Shown here: positions 44,649-53,780 of the stretch, in pieces
Position numbering within the stretch: position 1 is the first letter of the stretch
Layout of the letters: each line of letters begins with the position of its first letter
Assembly: GCF_947500065.1 (NCBI RefSeq)
Contig: NZ_CANMQT010000006.1
Span: 60,215 to 124,214, forward strand
Direction: 5' to 3'
DNA: 64,000 nt
Source: an uncultured Aquimarina sp.
GTDB taxonomy: Bacteria; Bacteroidota; Bacteroidia; Flavobacteriales; Flavobacteriaceae
Notes under the pieces: model-generated
The model's input: only the letters and a program-made list of their open reading frames with translations
Database searches by the model: none
What the model was told of the DNA's origin: nothing
Made by a program: the position numbers and the translations under genes

Positions 44649-46322
44649 ATGAAAAATAAATTTTTACTCTTATTGTTACTTGGAGCAATCAATGTGTTTG
44701 CTCAAGATCCTAAATTATCAGAAAACTTTACCATAGAGGTGGGAGAAGAGTATGGTGAAACGGATGGGAAATTCAAAGAATTTCATAAATACAAGGATCA
44801 TGTGATAGCTGTGAATCGCCACAAGGATCATTTAGTAATTCAGAAATTTGATGTTAATACACTTAAGGAGATTGATAGAATAGAGCATGAAAAGTTTTTT
44901 AAAGACAAGGCAAAAGGCGGTTTTAAAAAAATAATGCGATTAGGAGACAACGTTCTCATGTTTTATACAAAATGGAATAGGAAAAAGAAGATAGAGTCTT
45001 TAGAAGCTCAAGCTATTTCTTTGGAAACTCTTAAACTGGGTGAGCAAAAAGAAATTATCAGACAAGAAGGTAAGATTGCAAGAAGTCATTCTTTTCAGAG
45101 TGTAGCTACAATAAATAGTATAGGAGGAAGTAAGTTTTTATATAGACGGTCTTTTGATGACCAAAAATTGCTAATTACGTATAGGCTTAAACCAGAATCA
45201 AGGGATGATTCTAAAGGGAATGATAGGTTTGTAATTAATGTGTTTGATTCTGAGTTGGAACTACAGTGGAAAGAACAAGTTACAATGCCTTATACGGAGA
45301 AAAAGATGAATAATGTTGATTATGTTATCGATAGGGATGGTAATTTTTATATGCTAGCTTCGGTTTATGAGGATGATAGTACGGATGAGAAAAAGAAAAA
45401 AGAAGAAGATGCGAATTATCATTTAGAACTTTTTAAGGTTAAAAAGAATACCAATAGTATTGTTAAGAATGAAATTAAAATAGGTGATAAATTTATAGAT
45501 GAAATCATTTTATATGAAGATGCAGATGCTAATGTAGTGATAGCAGGTACTTCTAAAAACCCTGATAAAGGAACTTCAAGAGTGTTTTTTTCGACAAAGA
45601 AAAAGGGTCAAGCTACAGGTGTTTTTACGATTAAATTAAATGAAGAAGGTGCTGTAAGCGATTTTAAAAACTATGATTTTCCAGTCGAATTGTTGAATAA
45701 ATACGCAACAAAAAGGGAGAAAAAGAGAATAGAAAAGAAGGAAAAAGACGAAGATGCTAAGCCAGCTTTTGAGAATCTTAAGGTTAATACTATTGTTGCT
45801 AATAATGATGGGAGTTCTTTAATTTTAGGAGAACAGCGATACGTTGTCGCAAGAACAATACATAGTTCTTCAGGTAGGACAAGAACTACCTATACGTATT
45901 ATTATAGAGATATTCTTGCTGCTAAGATAGATGCAGATGGATCATTGGTATGGATGCATAAATTACCAAAAAGACAAGTAGGTAAAAGAGGGCAAAGAAC
46001 CATGTCGTATACGCATATGTTTGCCGGAGAAAACCATTATTTGTTATACCTTGATAATGTTAAAAATCTAAATTTACCTGAAGACGAAGTTCCTTATAAG
46101 CACACAGATGGTAAAGGAGGGTATTTTACAGCGTATATAATCAATGATGAAACAGGAGAGGTTAAGAAAGAAGCGATTTTTAATTCTCGTGATTTCAATG
46201 ATACAGAATTAGAGCATTTCGAAACAGATAAAATATTACCTTTATCGGAATCAGAAATTCTTATAGAAGGTTTTGAAGGAAGAAGTAAGGATTTTTTAGT
46301 TAAGGTGACTGCTAAGAAATAA
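44649..46322 (+). CDS. Secreted protein of unknown function, paralogue C
   Basis: Signal peptide MKNKFLLLLLLGAINVFAQ. Close homologue of paralogue A along its whole length. Confidence 0.7.
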   Translation: MKNKFLLLLLLGAINVFAQDPKLSENFTIEVGEEYGETDGKFKEFHKYKDHVIAVNRHKDHLVIQKFDVNTLKEIDRIEHEKFFKDKAKGGFKKIMRLGDNVLMFYTKWNRKKKIESLEAQAISLETLKLGEQKEIIRQEGKIARSHSFQSVATINSIGGSKFLYRRSFDDQKLLITYRLKPESRDDSKGNDRFVINVFDSELELQWKEQVTMPYTEKKMNNVDYVIDRDGNFYMLASVYEDDSTDEKKKKEEDANYHLELFKVKKNTNSIVKNEIKIGDKFIDEIILYEDADANVVIAGTSKNPDKGTSRVFFSTKKKGQATGVFTIKLNEEGAVSDFKNYDFPVELLNKYATKREKKRIEKKEKDEDAKPAFENLKVNTIVANNDGSSLILGEQRYVVARTIHSSSGRTRTTYTYYYRDILAAKIDADGSLVWMHKLPKRQVGKRGQRTMSYTHMFAGENHYLLYLDNVKNLNLPEDEVPYKHTDGKGGYFTAYIINDETGEVKKEAIFNSRDFNDTELEHFETDKILPLSESEILIEGFEGRSKDFLVKVTAKK

Positions 46323-46337
46323 GTGAAAACTTGTAAA

Positions 46338-46385
46338 TACATATAATAAAAAAGGAGGCAATTGTCTCCTTTTTTATTATATGTA
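46338..46385. terminator. Bidirectional terminator between convergent paralogue C and halogenase genes
   Basis: 20-bp perfect arms TACATATAATAAAAAAGGAG / CTCCTTTTTTATTATATGTA around an 8-nt loop. Confidence 0.8.
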
Positions 46386-46398
46386 TAGATATCAGAAA

Positions 46399-47640
46399 CT
46401 ATTCCGACATATTTTCTTCCATCTCTACAAGTTTCGCTACATTCCTAACAATGTGACTATGCTTTTTTACAAAAGGATTTGTTTTGTCCCAAACATATCC
46501 AGCAAGTACAGCACATATCTGTTCCTTAAAGTCTTCGTTTGGTTTATCATGAAAAATGATTTTTTGTAAATTTCCTGTGTACCATTCTTTTACATACGTT
46601 GTAAACACATCAACTCCTTGTTTCATGTAATCTACAAATTCAGCCTGCCAATCAACTTCTTCATTATTAAGTTGTCTAATAGCTAGCTTAGCTGACAGTA
46701 AGCCGGTCTCAGTGGCAAAAGAGACTCCTGATGAAAAAACAGGGTCTAGGAATTCCGCGCTATTCCCAGTTAGTACAAAGCCATCACCAAATAGTTTAGT
46801 TACATTTTTAGCAATGTTTTCTACTTTGTAAGGTTCAAATAAGTAAGGAGTATCTTTAAACTGCTCATAATAATAAGGAGAGGTTTTCATCATTTCCTGT
46901 AATACTTCTGTTTTATTTCCTTCAAACTTATTGATCCAATCCATAGGTCCAACAAAGCCAATGCTGGTATTTCCATTAGAGAAAGGGATGTACCAAAACC
47001 ATACTTCGGTTTCTATAATTTCAAAAGTTATTGTAGTGCCTTCAATTCCTTCTGGCCTGTTTACGTCTTTTACTTGAGTGAAAATTGAACCGTGTTCTGC
47101 AATTTTAGAAGGAGCTTCAAGGCCTAGTTGTCTTGCTATTACACGTCCAAAACCACTAGAATCTATAATGAATTTAGCTTCAATCTGACTTTCGGAGCCG
47201 TCTTTATGTTTTACTGTAGTTAAAGAATCGGTTCCGTGAAATTCTACATTGGTAACCTCAGATTCGAAATCAACACTAACTCCTTGTTTAATGGCTTCGT
47301 CTATTAATGTCTTGTCAAAATGATCTCTAGGTACTTGCCAAGTCCAATCCCAGCCCTCCCCATATTTCTTGCTGAAATCAAAACAACCTTTAACACCATC
47401 TTTGATAAATCGAGCGCCATGTTTTTTCTCATATCCTTGTTCCATAAGGCAATCTAAAAGACCTGCTTCTTTGAAATTATCCATGCATCTAGGAATCAAA
47501 CTTTCTCCTACCTGAAAACGTGGGAATTTTGTTTTTTCAACTACCTTAACATTTATTCCATGTTTGTTAAGATAAGCAGCGCTCACACTACCTGACGGAC
47601 CGGCGCCAATAACCAGAACATCTACATTTTCTTTTTTCAT
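46399..47640 (-). CDS. Flavin-dependent halogenase-like FAD oxidoreductase
   Basis: GxGxxG motif in VLVIGAGPSGSVSA. WxWxIP halogenase motif as WFWYIPF. FLDPVFSSGVS motif. Divergent from the ammonia-lyase gene of the pigment cluster. Confidence 0.7.
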   Translation of the reverse strand: MKKENVDVLVIGAGPSGSVSAAYLNKHGINVKVVEKTKFPRFQVGESLIPRCMDNFKEAGLLDCLMEQGYEKKHGARFIKDGVKGCFDFSKKYGEGWDWTWQVPRDHFDKTLIDEAIKQGVSVDFESEVTNVEFHGTDSLTTVKHKDGSESQIEAKFIIDSSGFGRVIARQLGLEAPSKIAEHGSIFTQVKDVNRPEGIEGTTITFEIIETEVWFWYIPFSNGNTSIGFVGPMDWINKFEGNKTEVLQEMMKTSPYYYEQFKDTPYLFEPYKVENIAKNVTKLFGDGFVLTGNSAEFLDPVFSSGVSFATETGLLSAKLAIRQLNNEEVDWQAEFVDYMKQGVDVFTTYVKEWYTGNLQKIIFHDKPNEDFKEQICAVLAGYVWDKTNPFVKKHSHIVRNVAKLVEMEENMSE

Positions 47641-47666
47641 AATTTTTAAAGGTACATTAAATACAT

Positions 47667-47674
47667 TACATTTG
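47667..47674 (+). promoter_or_regulatory. Candidate -7 box (TAnnTTTG) for the ammonia-lyase gene
   Basis: Exact TACATTTG in the 102-nt divergent intergenic region, 69 nt before the ATG at 47743. Confidence 0.3.
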
Positions 47675-47742
47675 CCCTCGGTAAAAATAAAGAGTAAACT
47701 TGAATTTTTTACAAATATTGGAAAAAACTTACTAATTCGCGA

Positions 47743-49272
47743 ATGCTAATACTAAAAGAAAAGTTAGAAATTAAAGATTTCCTAAGTGTTATTTTTAATG
47801 AAGAGAAGCTTGCTATAGATGATTCTATAATAAATAGAGTGGATGATAGCTTTAAATTTTTAGAGAAATTTTCTGAAAATAAAGTTATCTATGGAGTAAA
47901 TACTGGATTTGGGCCAATGGCTCAATATAAGATTGATGACAAGGATAGAATTGAATTACAATTTAACTTAATAAGAAGTCATTCATCTGGTACCGGTAAA
48001 GCGATGGAGCCTGATTATGTGAAAGCATTAATGTTAGCAAGACTTAATACATTATCATTAGGTAAATCTGGAGTTAATACTACTGTTGTTAATGGCTTGA
48101 AGGATTTAATTAATAATGATGTTACTCCTTTAATTTTCGAGCATGGAGGTGTGGGAGCTAGTGGTGATCTTGTGCAATTGGCACATTTGGCATTGGTGTT
48201 AATAGGAGAAGGAGAAGTTTTTTACAAAGGAGAAAGAAGAAATACAGAAGATGTTTTTAAAGAGTTAGGTCTTAAGCCAATAGAGGTAAAGATTAGAGAA
48301 GGTTTGGCATTGATGAATGGTACTTCCGCTATGACGGGAATTGGTATTATTAATGTTATTAATGCACAGAAGCTATTAGATTGGTCTATCTCTTGTTCTT
48401 CAGCAATAAATGAAATTGTAGAGGCATATGATGACCACCTTTCAAAAGAATTAAATCATAGTAAACTTCATTTAGGACAACAAGATGTTGCTCGTAAAAT
48501 GAGAGAGCACTTATCAGATAGTAAACTTACAAGAGACCGTACTGAGCATTTGTATTCTGGGCAGAATGGTGATACCTATTTTAAGGAAAAGGTTCAGGAA
48601 TATTACTCGCTTAGATGTGTTCCTCAGATCTTGGGGCCGGTTTGTGATACTATTAAACATGTCGGTAGGATATTAATTGAAGAATTAAATTCTGCTAATG
48701 ATAATCCAATCATTGATGTGGAGAAAGAACATGTGTATCATGGTGGTAATTTTCACGGAGATTATGTTTCTTTAGAGATGGATAAACTTAAGCTTGTAGT
48801 TACTAAATTATCAATGTTAGCAGAACGTCAATTGAATTATTTGCTAAATTCTAAGTTGAATGATATTTTACCTCCTTTTGCTAATTTAGGAAAACTAGGA
48901 TTTAATTTCGGAATGCAAGGGATTCAGTTTACAGCGGTGTCTACTACAGCGGAAAATCAAATGCTTTCCAATCCAATGTACGTACACAGTATTCCTAATA
49001 ATAATGACAATCAGGATATCGTTAGTATGGGTACTAATGCAGCTAATATGACCAAGACTGTTATAGAGAATACATTCGAAGTTTTAGCGATAGAATTGAT
49101 GACTATTGTACAGGCTTTGGAGTATCTTGATTTTGGAGATAAGCTATCGAGTAGGACTCAGAAGTTGGTTGAGGACATTAAGAAGATAGTCCCTCCATTT
49201 ACAAAAGATTATATTACGTACCCTTTTGTTCAGGGAGTTAAAGACTACCTGAAAGAAAACGATGCCTATTAA
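47743..49272 (+). CDS. MIO-dependent aromatic amino acid ammonia-lyase (HAL/TAL family); context suggests tyrosine ammonia-lyase for flexirubin starter
   Basis: MIO-forming triad in GGVGASGDLVQLAHL. YGVNTGFGPMAQ and SLRCVPQ motifs. Sits at the head of a flexirubin-type cluster, with no hutU/hutI nearby. Confidence 0.8.
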   Translation: MLILKEKLEIKDFLSVIFNEEKLAIDDSIINRVDDSFKFLEKFSENKVIYGVNTGFGPMAQYKIDDKDRIELQFNLIRSHSSGTGKAMEPDYVKALMLARLNTLSLGKSGVNTTVVNGLKDLINNDVTPLIFEHGGVGASGDLVQLAHLALVLIGEGEVFYKGERRNTEDVFKELGLKPIEVKIREGLALMNGTSAMTGIGIINVINAQKLLDWSISCSSAINEIVEAYDDHLSKELNHSKLHLGQQDVARKMREHLSDSKLTRDRTEHLYSGQNGDTYFKEKVQEYYSLRCVPQILGPVCDTIKHVGRILIEELNSANDNPIIDVEKEHVYHGGNFHGDYVSLEMDKLKLVVTKLSMLAERQLNYLLNSKLNDILPPFANLGKLGFNFGMQGIQFTAVSTTAENQMLSNPMYVHSIPNNNDNQDIVSMGTNAANMTKTVIENTFEVLAIELMTIVQALEYLDFGDKLSSRTQKLVEDIKKIVPPFTKDYITYPFVQGVKDYLKENDAY

Positions 49273-49370
49273 ATACTTGATAAGATTTAATTTATTTCAT
49301 ATATAAGTTAAAGCATGTTTACTTGTGCTTTATAATATGCACTAAAAAATAAACCTTAAATATAGATATA

Positions 49371-50510
49371 ATGAAAAACGCATTTTTAATTACACTAGCA
49401 TTAGTATTTGGTTTACAAACAATATTTTCTCAGGAACTTGCAAAGGCAAGAGAAGGAGGTAAATTTGGTTACATAAACAAAAAAGCAGAATTTGTTATTG
49501 CTCCTAAATATAAAAAAGCAAATAATTTTGCTGATGGCGTAGCACTGGTTTTAGATGGTAAAAAATGGGGGTATATAAACCCTGATGGAAAATGGCTCCT
49601 TGAACCACAGTTTAGCAAAGCTAAAGATTTTAATAGTGGTGTTGCTATGGTTTTAAAAGATAAGAAATGGATGTATGTAGATAAGCAAGGTAAAGAACTA
49701 GCTTACTCTGATGCAGAAAAAATATATCCTTTTAAAGATGGAGTAGCTTTTGTTAGATCTGAAAAACTTGTTGGTTTGATGAATCCAAAAGGTGAAGTTA
49801 TAGTAAAACCAACATATAAAATTATTAAAGGTTTCCGTAATGGGTATGCTAGATTTTCTACGCAAGCCGATCAATGGGGAATTATAGATAACAAAGGGAA
49901 TATTGTTATTAAACCTGAATATACATCTATAGGGAACTATGTAAATGACGTTGCTCGTGCCGAAAAAGGAGAAGGAATTTTTGGTATAGCTTCCGCTAAT
50001 TCTTTCAATAAAGTAGATGGAGCAACAAAATTATGGGATTTTAGAGCTGGAGGAGAATATACGATTGCTAGAAAAAATGAGAAAATCGGATTTATTGATA
50101 AAGAGGGTAAATGGGTGATAGCGCCTCAATTTATAAAAGCAAAAACTTTTAAAAACGGATATGCCGGTGTTTATGATGGTAACAAATGGGGCTTTATTGA
50201 TACTAATGGTAAAGTGGTTATAGATTATAAATATGATGATGTTGATTATTTTGACGCTAACGGTATGGCTCCCGTGAAAATTGAAGAATGGGGATTTGTG
50301 AATGCAAAAGGAGAATTAGTTATAGAAACTAAGTATGGTATCACAGCAGGTAGTTTTAAATTCTTGTCAGGAAAAGTAGCTGAAAAAGGATTTGTAGATG
50401 GTCTGGCACGTGTAAAGTATAATAAGAAATGGGGGTTTTTAACACCAGACGGAAAGCTTTTGGGTGATAAATGGTTTGAAAATTTAGAGCCCTTCGTTAA
50501 AGTTAAATAA
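49371..50510 (+). CDS. WG-repeat (KWG) protein, secreted, function unknown
   Basis: Signal peptide, then about eight repeats of the type KWGYINPDGKWLLEPQF / KIGFIDKEGKWVIAPQF / KWGFIDTNGKVVIDYKY. Confidence 0.75.
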   Translation: MKNAFLITLALVFGLQTIFSQELAKAREGGKFGYINKKAEFVIAPKYKKANNFADGVALVLDGKKWGYINPDGKWLLEPQFSKAKDFNSGVAMVLKDKKWMYVDKQGKELAYSDAEKIYPFKDGVAFVRSEKLVGLMNPKGEVIVKPTYKIIKGFRNGYARFSTQADQWGIIDNKGNIVIKPEYTSIGNYVNDVARAEKGEGIFGIASANSFNKVDGATKLWDFRAGGEYTIARKNEKIGFIDKEGKWVIAPQFIKAKTFKNGYAGVYDGNKWGFIDTNGKVVIDYKYDDVDYFDANGMAPVKIEEWGFVNAKGELVIETKYGITAGSFKFLSGKVAEKGFVDGLARVKYNKKWGFLTPDGKLLGDKWFENLEPFVKVK

Positions 50511-50520
50511 ATATTTTCGT

Positions 50521-50565
50521 TTCCTAACAACATTAGACGATTGTTAAAGTTGTTAGGAATCTTTT
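50521..50565 (+). terminator. Terminator after WG-repeat gene
   Basis: 11-bp stem TTCCTAACAAC/GTTGTTAGGAA with a 17-nt loop, then TCTTTT. Confidence 0.6.
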
Positions 50566-50650
50566 AATATTGTTAATTAAATCTTAATTTGGAATAATTG
50601 TTGTGTTTATATTATTCAATAGTTAATTGATTTTAAAACCAAAATTGTAA

Positions 50651-51382
50651 ATGAAATACGCCCTTGTTACTGGAGGATCCAGAGGAATAGGAAGAGCAAT
50701 TGCTGTAAAATTGGCAAAAGATTTAGAATATCCTGTACTTATTAATTATCAATCTAATGATGCTGCTGCTAATGAAACAAAAAAGCTGATTGAAGATGAA
50801 GGAGGTCAGTGTGTATTGTTGAAATTTAATGTAGCCGATAGAGAAGATACTCATCAGGTACTAGATGGTTGGATTGCTGATAATCCAGATGCAACTATTG
50901 AGGTAATTGTCAATAATGCTGGGATTACCAGAGATGGTTTGTTTATGTGGATGAAACAAGAGGACTGGAATGATGTTTTAAATATTAGTTTAAACGGTTT
51001 TTATAACGTTACTGGTCATCTTATTCAAAAAATGCTAACCAATAGATATGGTAGAATAGTAAATGTTGTATCGGTTTCTGGAGTAAAAGGAACTGCAGGT
51101 CAAGTTAATTATTCTGCTGCCAAAGGAGCATTGGTAGCTGCTACTAAAGCATTAGCTCAAGAGGTAGCCAAACGTAAGATTACCGTAAATGCAGTAGCAC
51201 CTGGTTTTATAAAAACAGATATGACAGCAGAGATGGATGAAAAAGAGTTGAAGCGTATGATTCCTGTTAATCGTTTTGGAGAAGCAGAAGAAGTTGCTGA
51301 TTTAGTAACTTTTTTAGCATCAAAAAAAGCTGCATATATAACTGGGGAAGTTGTTAATATTAATGGAGGGATTTATTCATAA
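50651..51382 (+). CDS. fabG: 3-oxoacyl-ACP reductase (SDR)
   Basis: VTGGSRGIGRAIA cofactor motif, NNAGIT, and catalytic YSAAKGA. Confidence 0.85.
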   Translation: MKYALVTGGSRGIGRAIAVKLAKDLEYPVLINYQSNDAAANETKKLIEDEGGQCVLLKFNVADREDTHQVLDGWIADNPDATIEVIVNNAGITRDGLFMWMKQEDWNDVLNISLNGFYNVTGHLIQKMLTNRYGRIVNVVSVSGVKGTAGQVNYSAAKGALVAATKALAQEVAKRKITVNAVAPGFIKTDMTAEMDEKELKRMIPVNRFGEAEEVADLVTFLASKKAAYITGEVVNINGGIYS

Positions 51383-51388
51383 GAGATT

Positions 51389-52606
51389 ATGCGAAGAGTA
51401 GTTATTACTGGAATGGGAATATATTCTTGTATAGGTTCTAATGTTGACGAAGTTAAAGAATCTTTATATCAAGGAAAATCAGGTATCGTTTTCGAACCTT
51501 CTCGTAAAGAGTTTGGATATCGATCTGCGTTAACAGGAACTGTGCCTAAGCCTAATTTAAAAAAAGAGCTAAGTAGAAGGCAACGTGTTAGCTTTGGTTC
51601 TGAGTCTGAATATGCGTATATAGCAACAAAACAGGCATTTGATCAGGCAGGTGTGGATCAGGAGTTTTTGGATAATGAAGAAATTGGCATTCTGTTTGGT
51701 AATGATAGTACCGCAGAATCAGTGATGCAAGCAATTGATAAAATCAGAGTTAAGAAAGATACTACTTTGGTAGGTTCTGGAGGAGTTTTTAAATCGATGA
51801 ATTCTACAGTTACTATGAATCTTTCTACTGTTTTTAAATTAAAAGGTATCAATTTTACTATAAGTGCTGCTTGTGCTAGTGGTTCGCATTCTGTAGGAAT
51901 GGGGTATTTGTTAATTAAGCAAGGACTGCAGGATTATGTGTTATGTGGAGGAGCTCAGGAAATTAATGATTATGCATTTGGTAGTTTTGATGGATTAGGA
52001 GTTTTTTCTGTTAATGAGGAAAATCCTACAAAAGCCTCTAGGCCTTTTGATAGCGAAAGAGATGGGTTGGTGCCAAGTGGAGGTGGAGCCGCATTATTTA
52101 TGGAGTCTTATGAAAGCGCTGTAAAAAGAGGTGCGACGATTTTAGGAGAAGTAGTAGGTTATGGTTTTTCTTCTAATGGAGATCATATTTCTACTCCTAA
52201 CCAAGAAGGTCCGGCTAGAGCAATGAAACGTGCAGTGGATCAGGCAAATATTAAGCCAGAAGATATTGATTATGTGAATGCACATGCAACATCTACTCCA
52301 ATAGGAGACGCTAATGAGGCGAAGGCGATAAATGAAGTCTTTGGAGAGTCAAAACCCTATGTCAGTTCTACAAAATCTATGACTGGACATGAGTGTTGGA
52401 TGGCAGGTGCGAGTGAAATAGTGTATTCATTAATAATGTTGAATAATTCATTTATTGCTCCTAATATTAATTTAGAATCTCCAGATGAAGACTCTACAAA
52501 GTTAAATTTGGTAAAAGAAACGGTAGATAAAAAAATTGATGTATTTTTGTCGAATTCATTTGGATTTGGGGGCACAAATTCTGCAATCGTCATAAAAAAG
52601 ATTTAG
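51389..52606 (+). CDS. Beta-ketoacyl-ACP synthase (KS I/II type)
   Basis: Cys-His-His triad present: ISAACASGSH, NAHATSTPIGD, SMTGHECW. C-terminal GFGGTNSAIVI. Confidence 0.85.
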   Translation: MRRVVITGMGIYSCIGSNVDEVKESLYQGKSGIVFEPSRKEFGYRSALTGTVPKPNLKKELSRRQRVSFGSESEYAYIATKQAFDQAGVDQEFLDNEEIGILFGNDSTAESVMQAIDKIRVKKDTTLVGSGGVFKSMNSTVTMNLSTVFKLKGINFTISAACASGSHSVGMGYLLIKQGLQDYVLCGGAQEINDYAFGSFDGLGVFSVNEENPTKASRPFDSERDGLVPSGGGAALFMESYESAVKRGATILGEVVGYGFSSNGDHISTPNQEGPARAMKRAVDQANIKPEDIDYVNAHATSTPIGDANEAKAINEVFGESKPYVSSTKSMTGHECWMAGASEIVYSLIMLNNSFIAPNINLESPDEDSTKLNLVKETVDKKIDVFLSNSFGFGGTNSAIVIKKI

Positions 52607-52629
52607 AATAGAAAAAAATTACTAGTAAG

Positions 52630-52878
52630 ATGATGGAAACAAGTGTAATTGTCGAAAAAGTTGATGAATTTTTGATAGAAGAATTCGAGGTAGAAGCTGA
52701 TGAGATTGCTCCCGAAGAAAACCTTAAAGAAACTTTAGATTTAGATAGTCTAGACTATGTAGATCTTGTAGTGGCTATAGAAGCCACTTTTGGAGTTAAG
52801 CTCGTGGGAGATGATTTTGTTGGAGTAGAAAGCTTTCAGGATTTTTATGATTTAATAGAACGCAAAGTCAATATTTAA
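52630..52878 (+). CDS. Acyl carrier protein
   Basis: 82 aa and acidic, with the phosphopantetheine site LDLDSLDYVDLV. Confidence 0.8.
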   Translation: MMETSVIVEKVDEFLIEEFEVEADEIAPEENLKETLDLDSLDYVDLVVAIEATFGVKLVGDDFVGVESFQDFYDLIERKVNI

Positions 52879-52886
52879 GAAATAGA

Positions 52887-53777
52887 ATGGCCCAATGGGA
52901 AGGTAAGGCTAAAGGAACTCCTTTAGGATATAAAATATTCATTTTTTTTATAAAAAATTTAGGTCTTAACGCTGCCTATTCCATTTTGGTATTTGTGGCG
53001 GCGTACTATTTGGTGTTTTCTTTCTCTACAACAAAAACAAGTTATTATTTCTATAATAAAAGACTTAAACAATCTGCTTTTAAGTCTGTTTTAAGTGTCT
53101 ATAAAAATTATTTTGTTTTTGGACAGACTCTCATAGATAGAACTGCAATATCTTTTGGGTTAAAGGATAAGTTTACTTTTACGCATGATGGAAGAGAAAA
53201 AATGCAACGCATTTTAAATGAGGGTGATGGAGGGATTATTTTTAGTGCTCATGTAGGTAGTTTTAATATTGCTCGCTACTTTTTTGATGATTTTGACATG
53301 ACTAATACCGGAGTTAATCTGCTAGTTACTGATCAGGAGAATGAACAAATCAAAGAATATGTCGGTGCGGTGTCTTCAGGTACGGCTATGAAGTATATTA
53401 TTATAAAAGATGATATGTCTCATATATTTCAAATGAATGATGCTATATCCAACGGAGAAGTAATTATTTTTGCAGCAGATCGTTATGTAGAAGGTGTTAA
53501 GTTTTTGGAACATGACTTTCTTGGTAAATCAGTCAAATTTCCTTCAGGGCCCTATAAACTAGCAGCGCGGAAGAAAAAACCTATCCTTTTTATGTATATT
53601 ATGAAAGGGTCTGGTAAGAAATACAATCTATATGCTCGAGAACCTAAGTTTCTGGAGACATCAATCAAACCTAGCCATGTGTTAAAAGAGTATGTTAGAA
53701 ATACTGAAATTATGGTTAAAAAGTATCCCTTGCAATGGTTTAATTACTTTGATTATTGGGATGATCTTAAAACCTAA
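52887..53777 (+). CDS. LpxL/HtrB-like (lysophospholipid) acyltransferase family protein
   Basis: N-terminal TM segment, FSAHVGSFNIARY region, and size and position typical of the acyltransferase in aryl-polyene/flexirubin clusters. Confidence 0.55.
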   Translation: MAQWEGKAKGTPLGYKIFIFFIKNLGLNAAYSILVFVAAYYLVFSFSTTKTSYYFYNKRLKQSAFKSVLSVYKNYFVFGQTLIDRTAISFGLKDKFTFTHDGREKMQRILNEGDGGIIFSAHVGSFNIARYFFDDFDMTNTGVNLLVTDQENEQIKEYVGAVSSGTAMKYIIIKDDMSHIFQMNDAISNGEVIIFAADRYVEGVKFLEHDFLGKSVKFPSGPYKLAARKKKPILFMYIMKGSGKKYNLYAREPKFLETSIKPSHVLKEYVRNTEIMVKKYPLQWFNYFDYWDDLKT

Positions 53778-53780
53778 TGT

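Noticed and set aside
47743-49272. Histidine utilisation (hutH) interpretation of the ammonia-lyase.
   Set aside because: No hutU, hutI or hutG genes are nearby. The gene is embedded next to the halogenase and the polyene/resorcinol genes. This is retained only as a caveat in the selectivity-switch finding.
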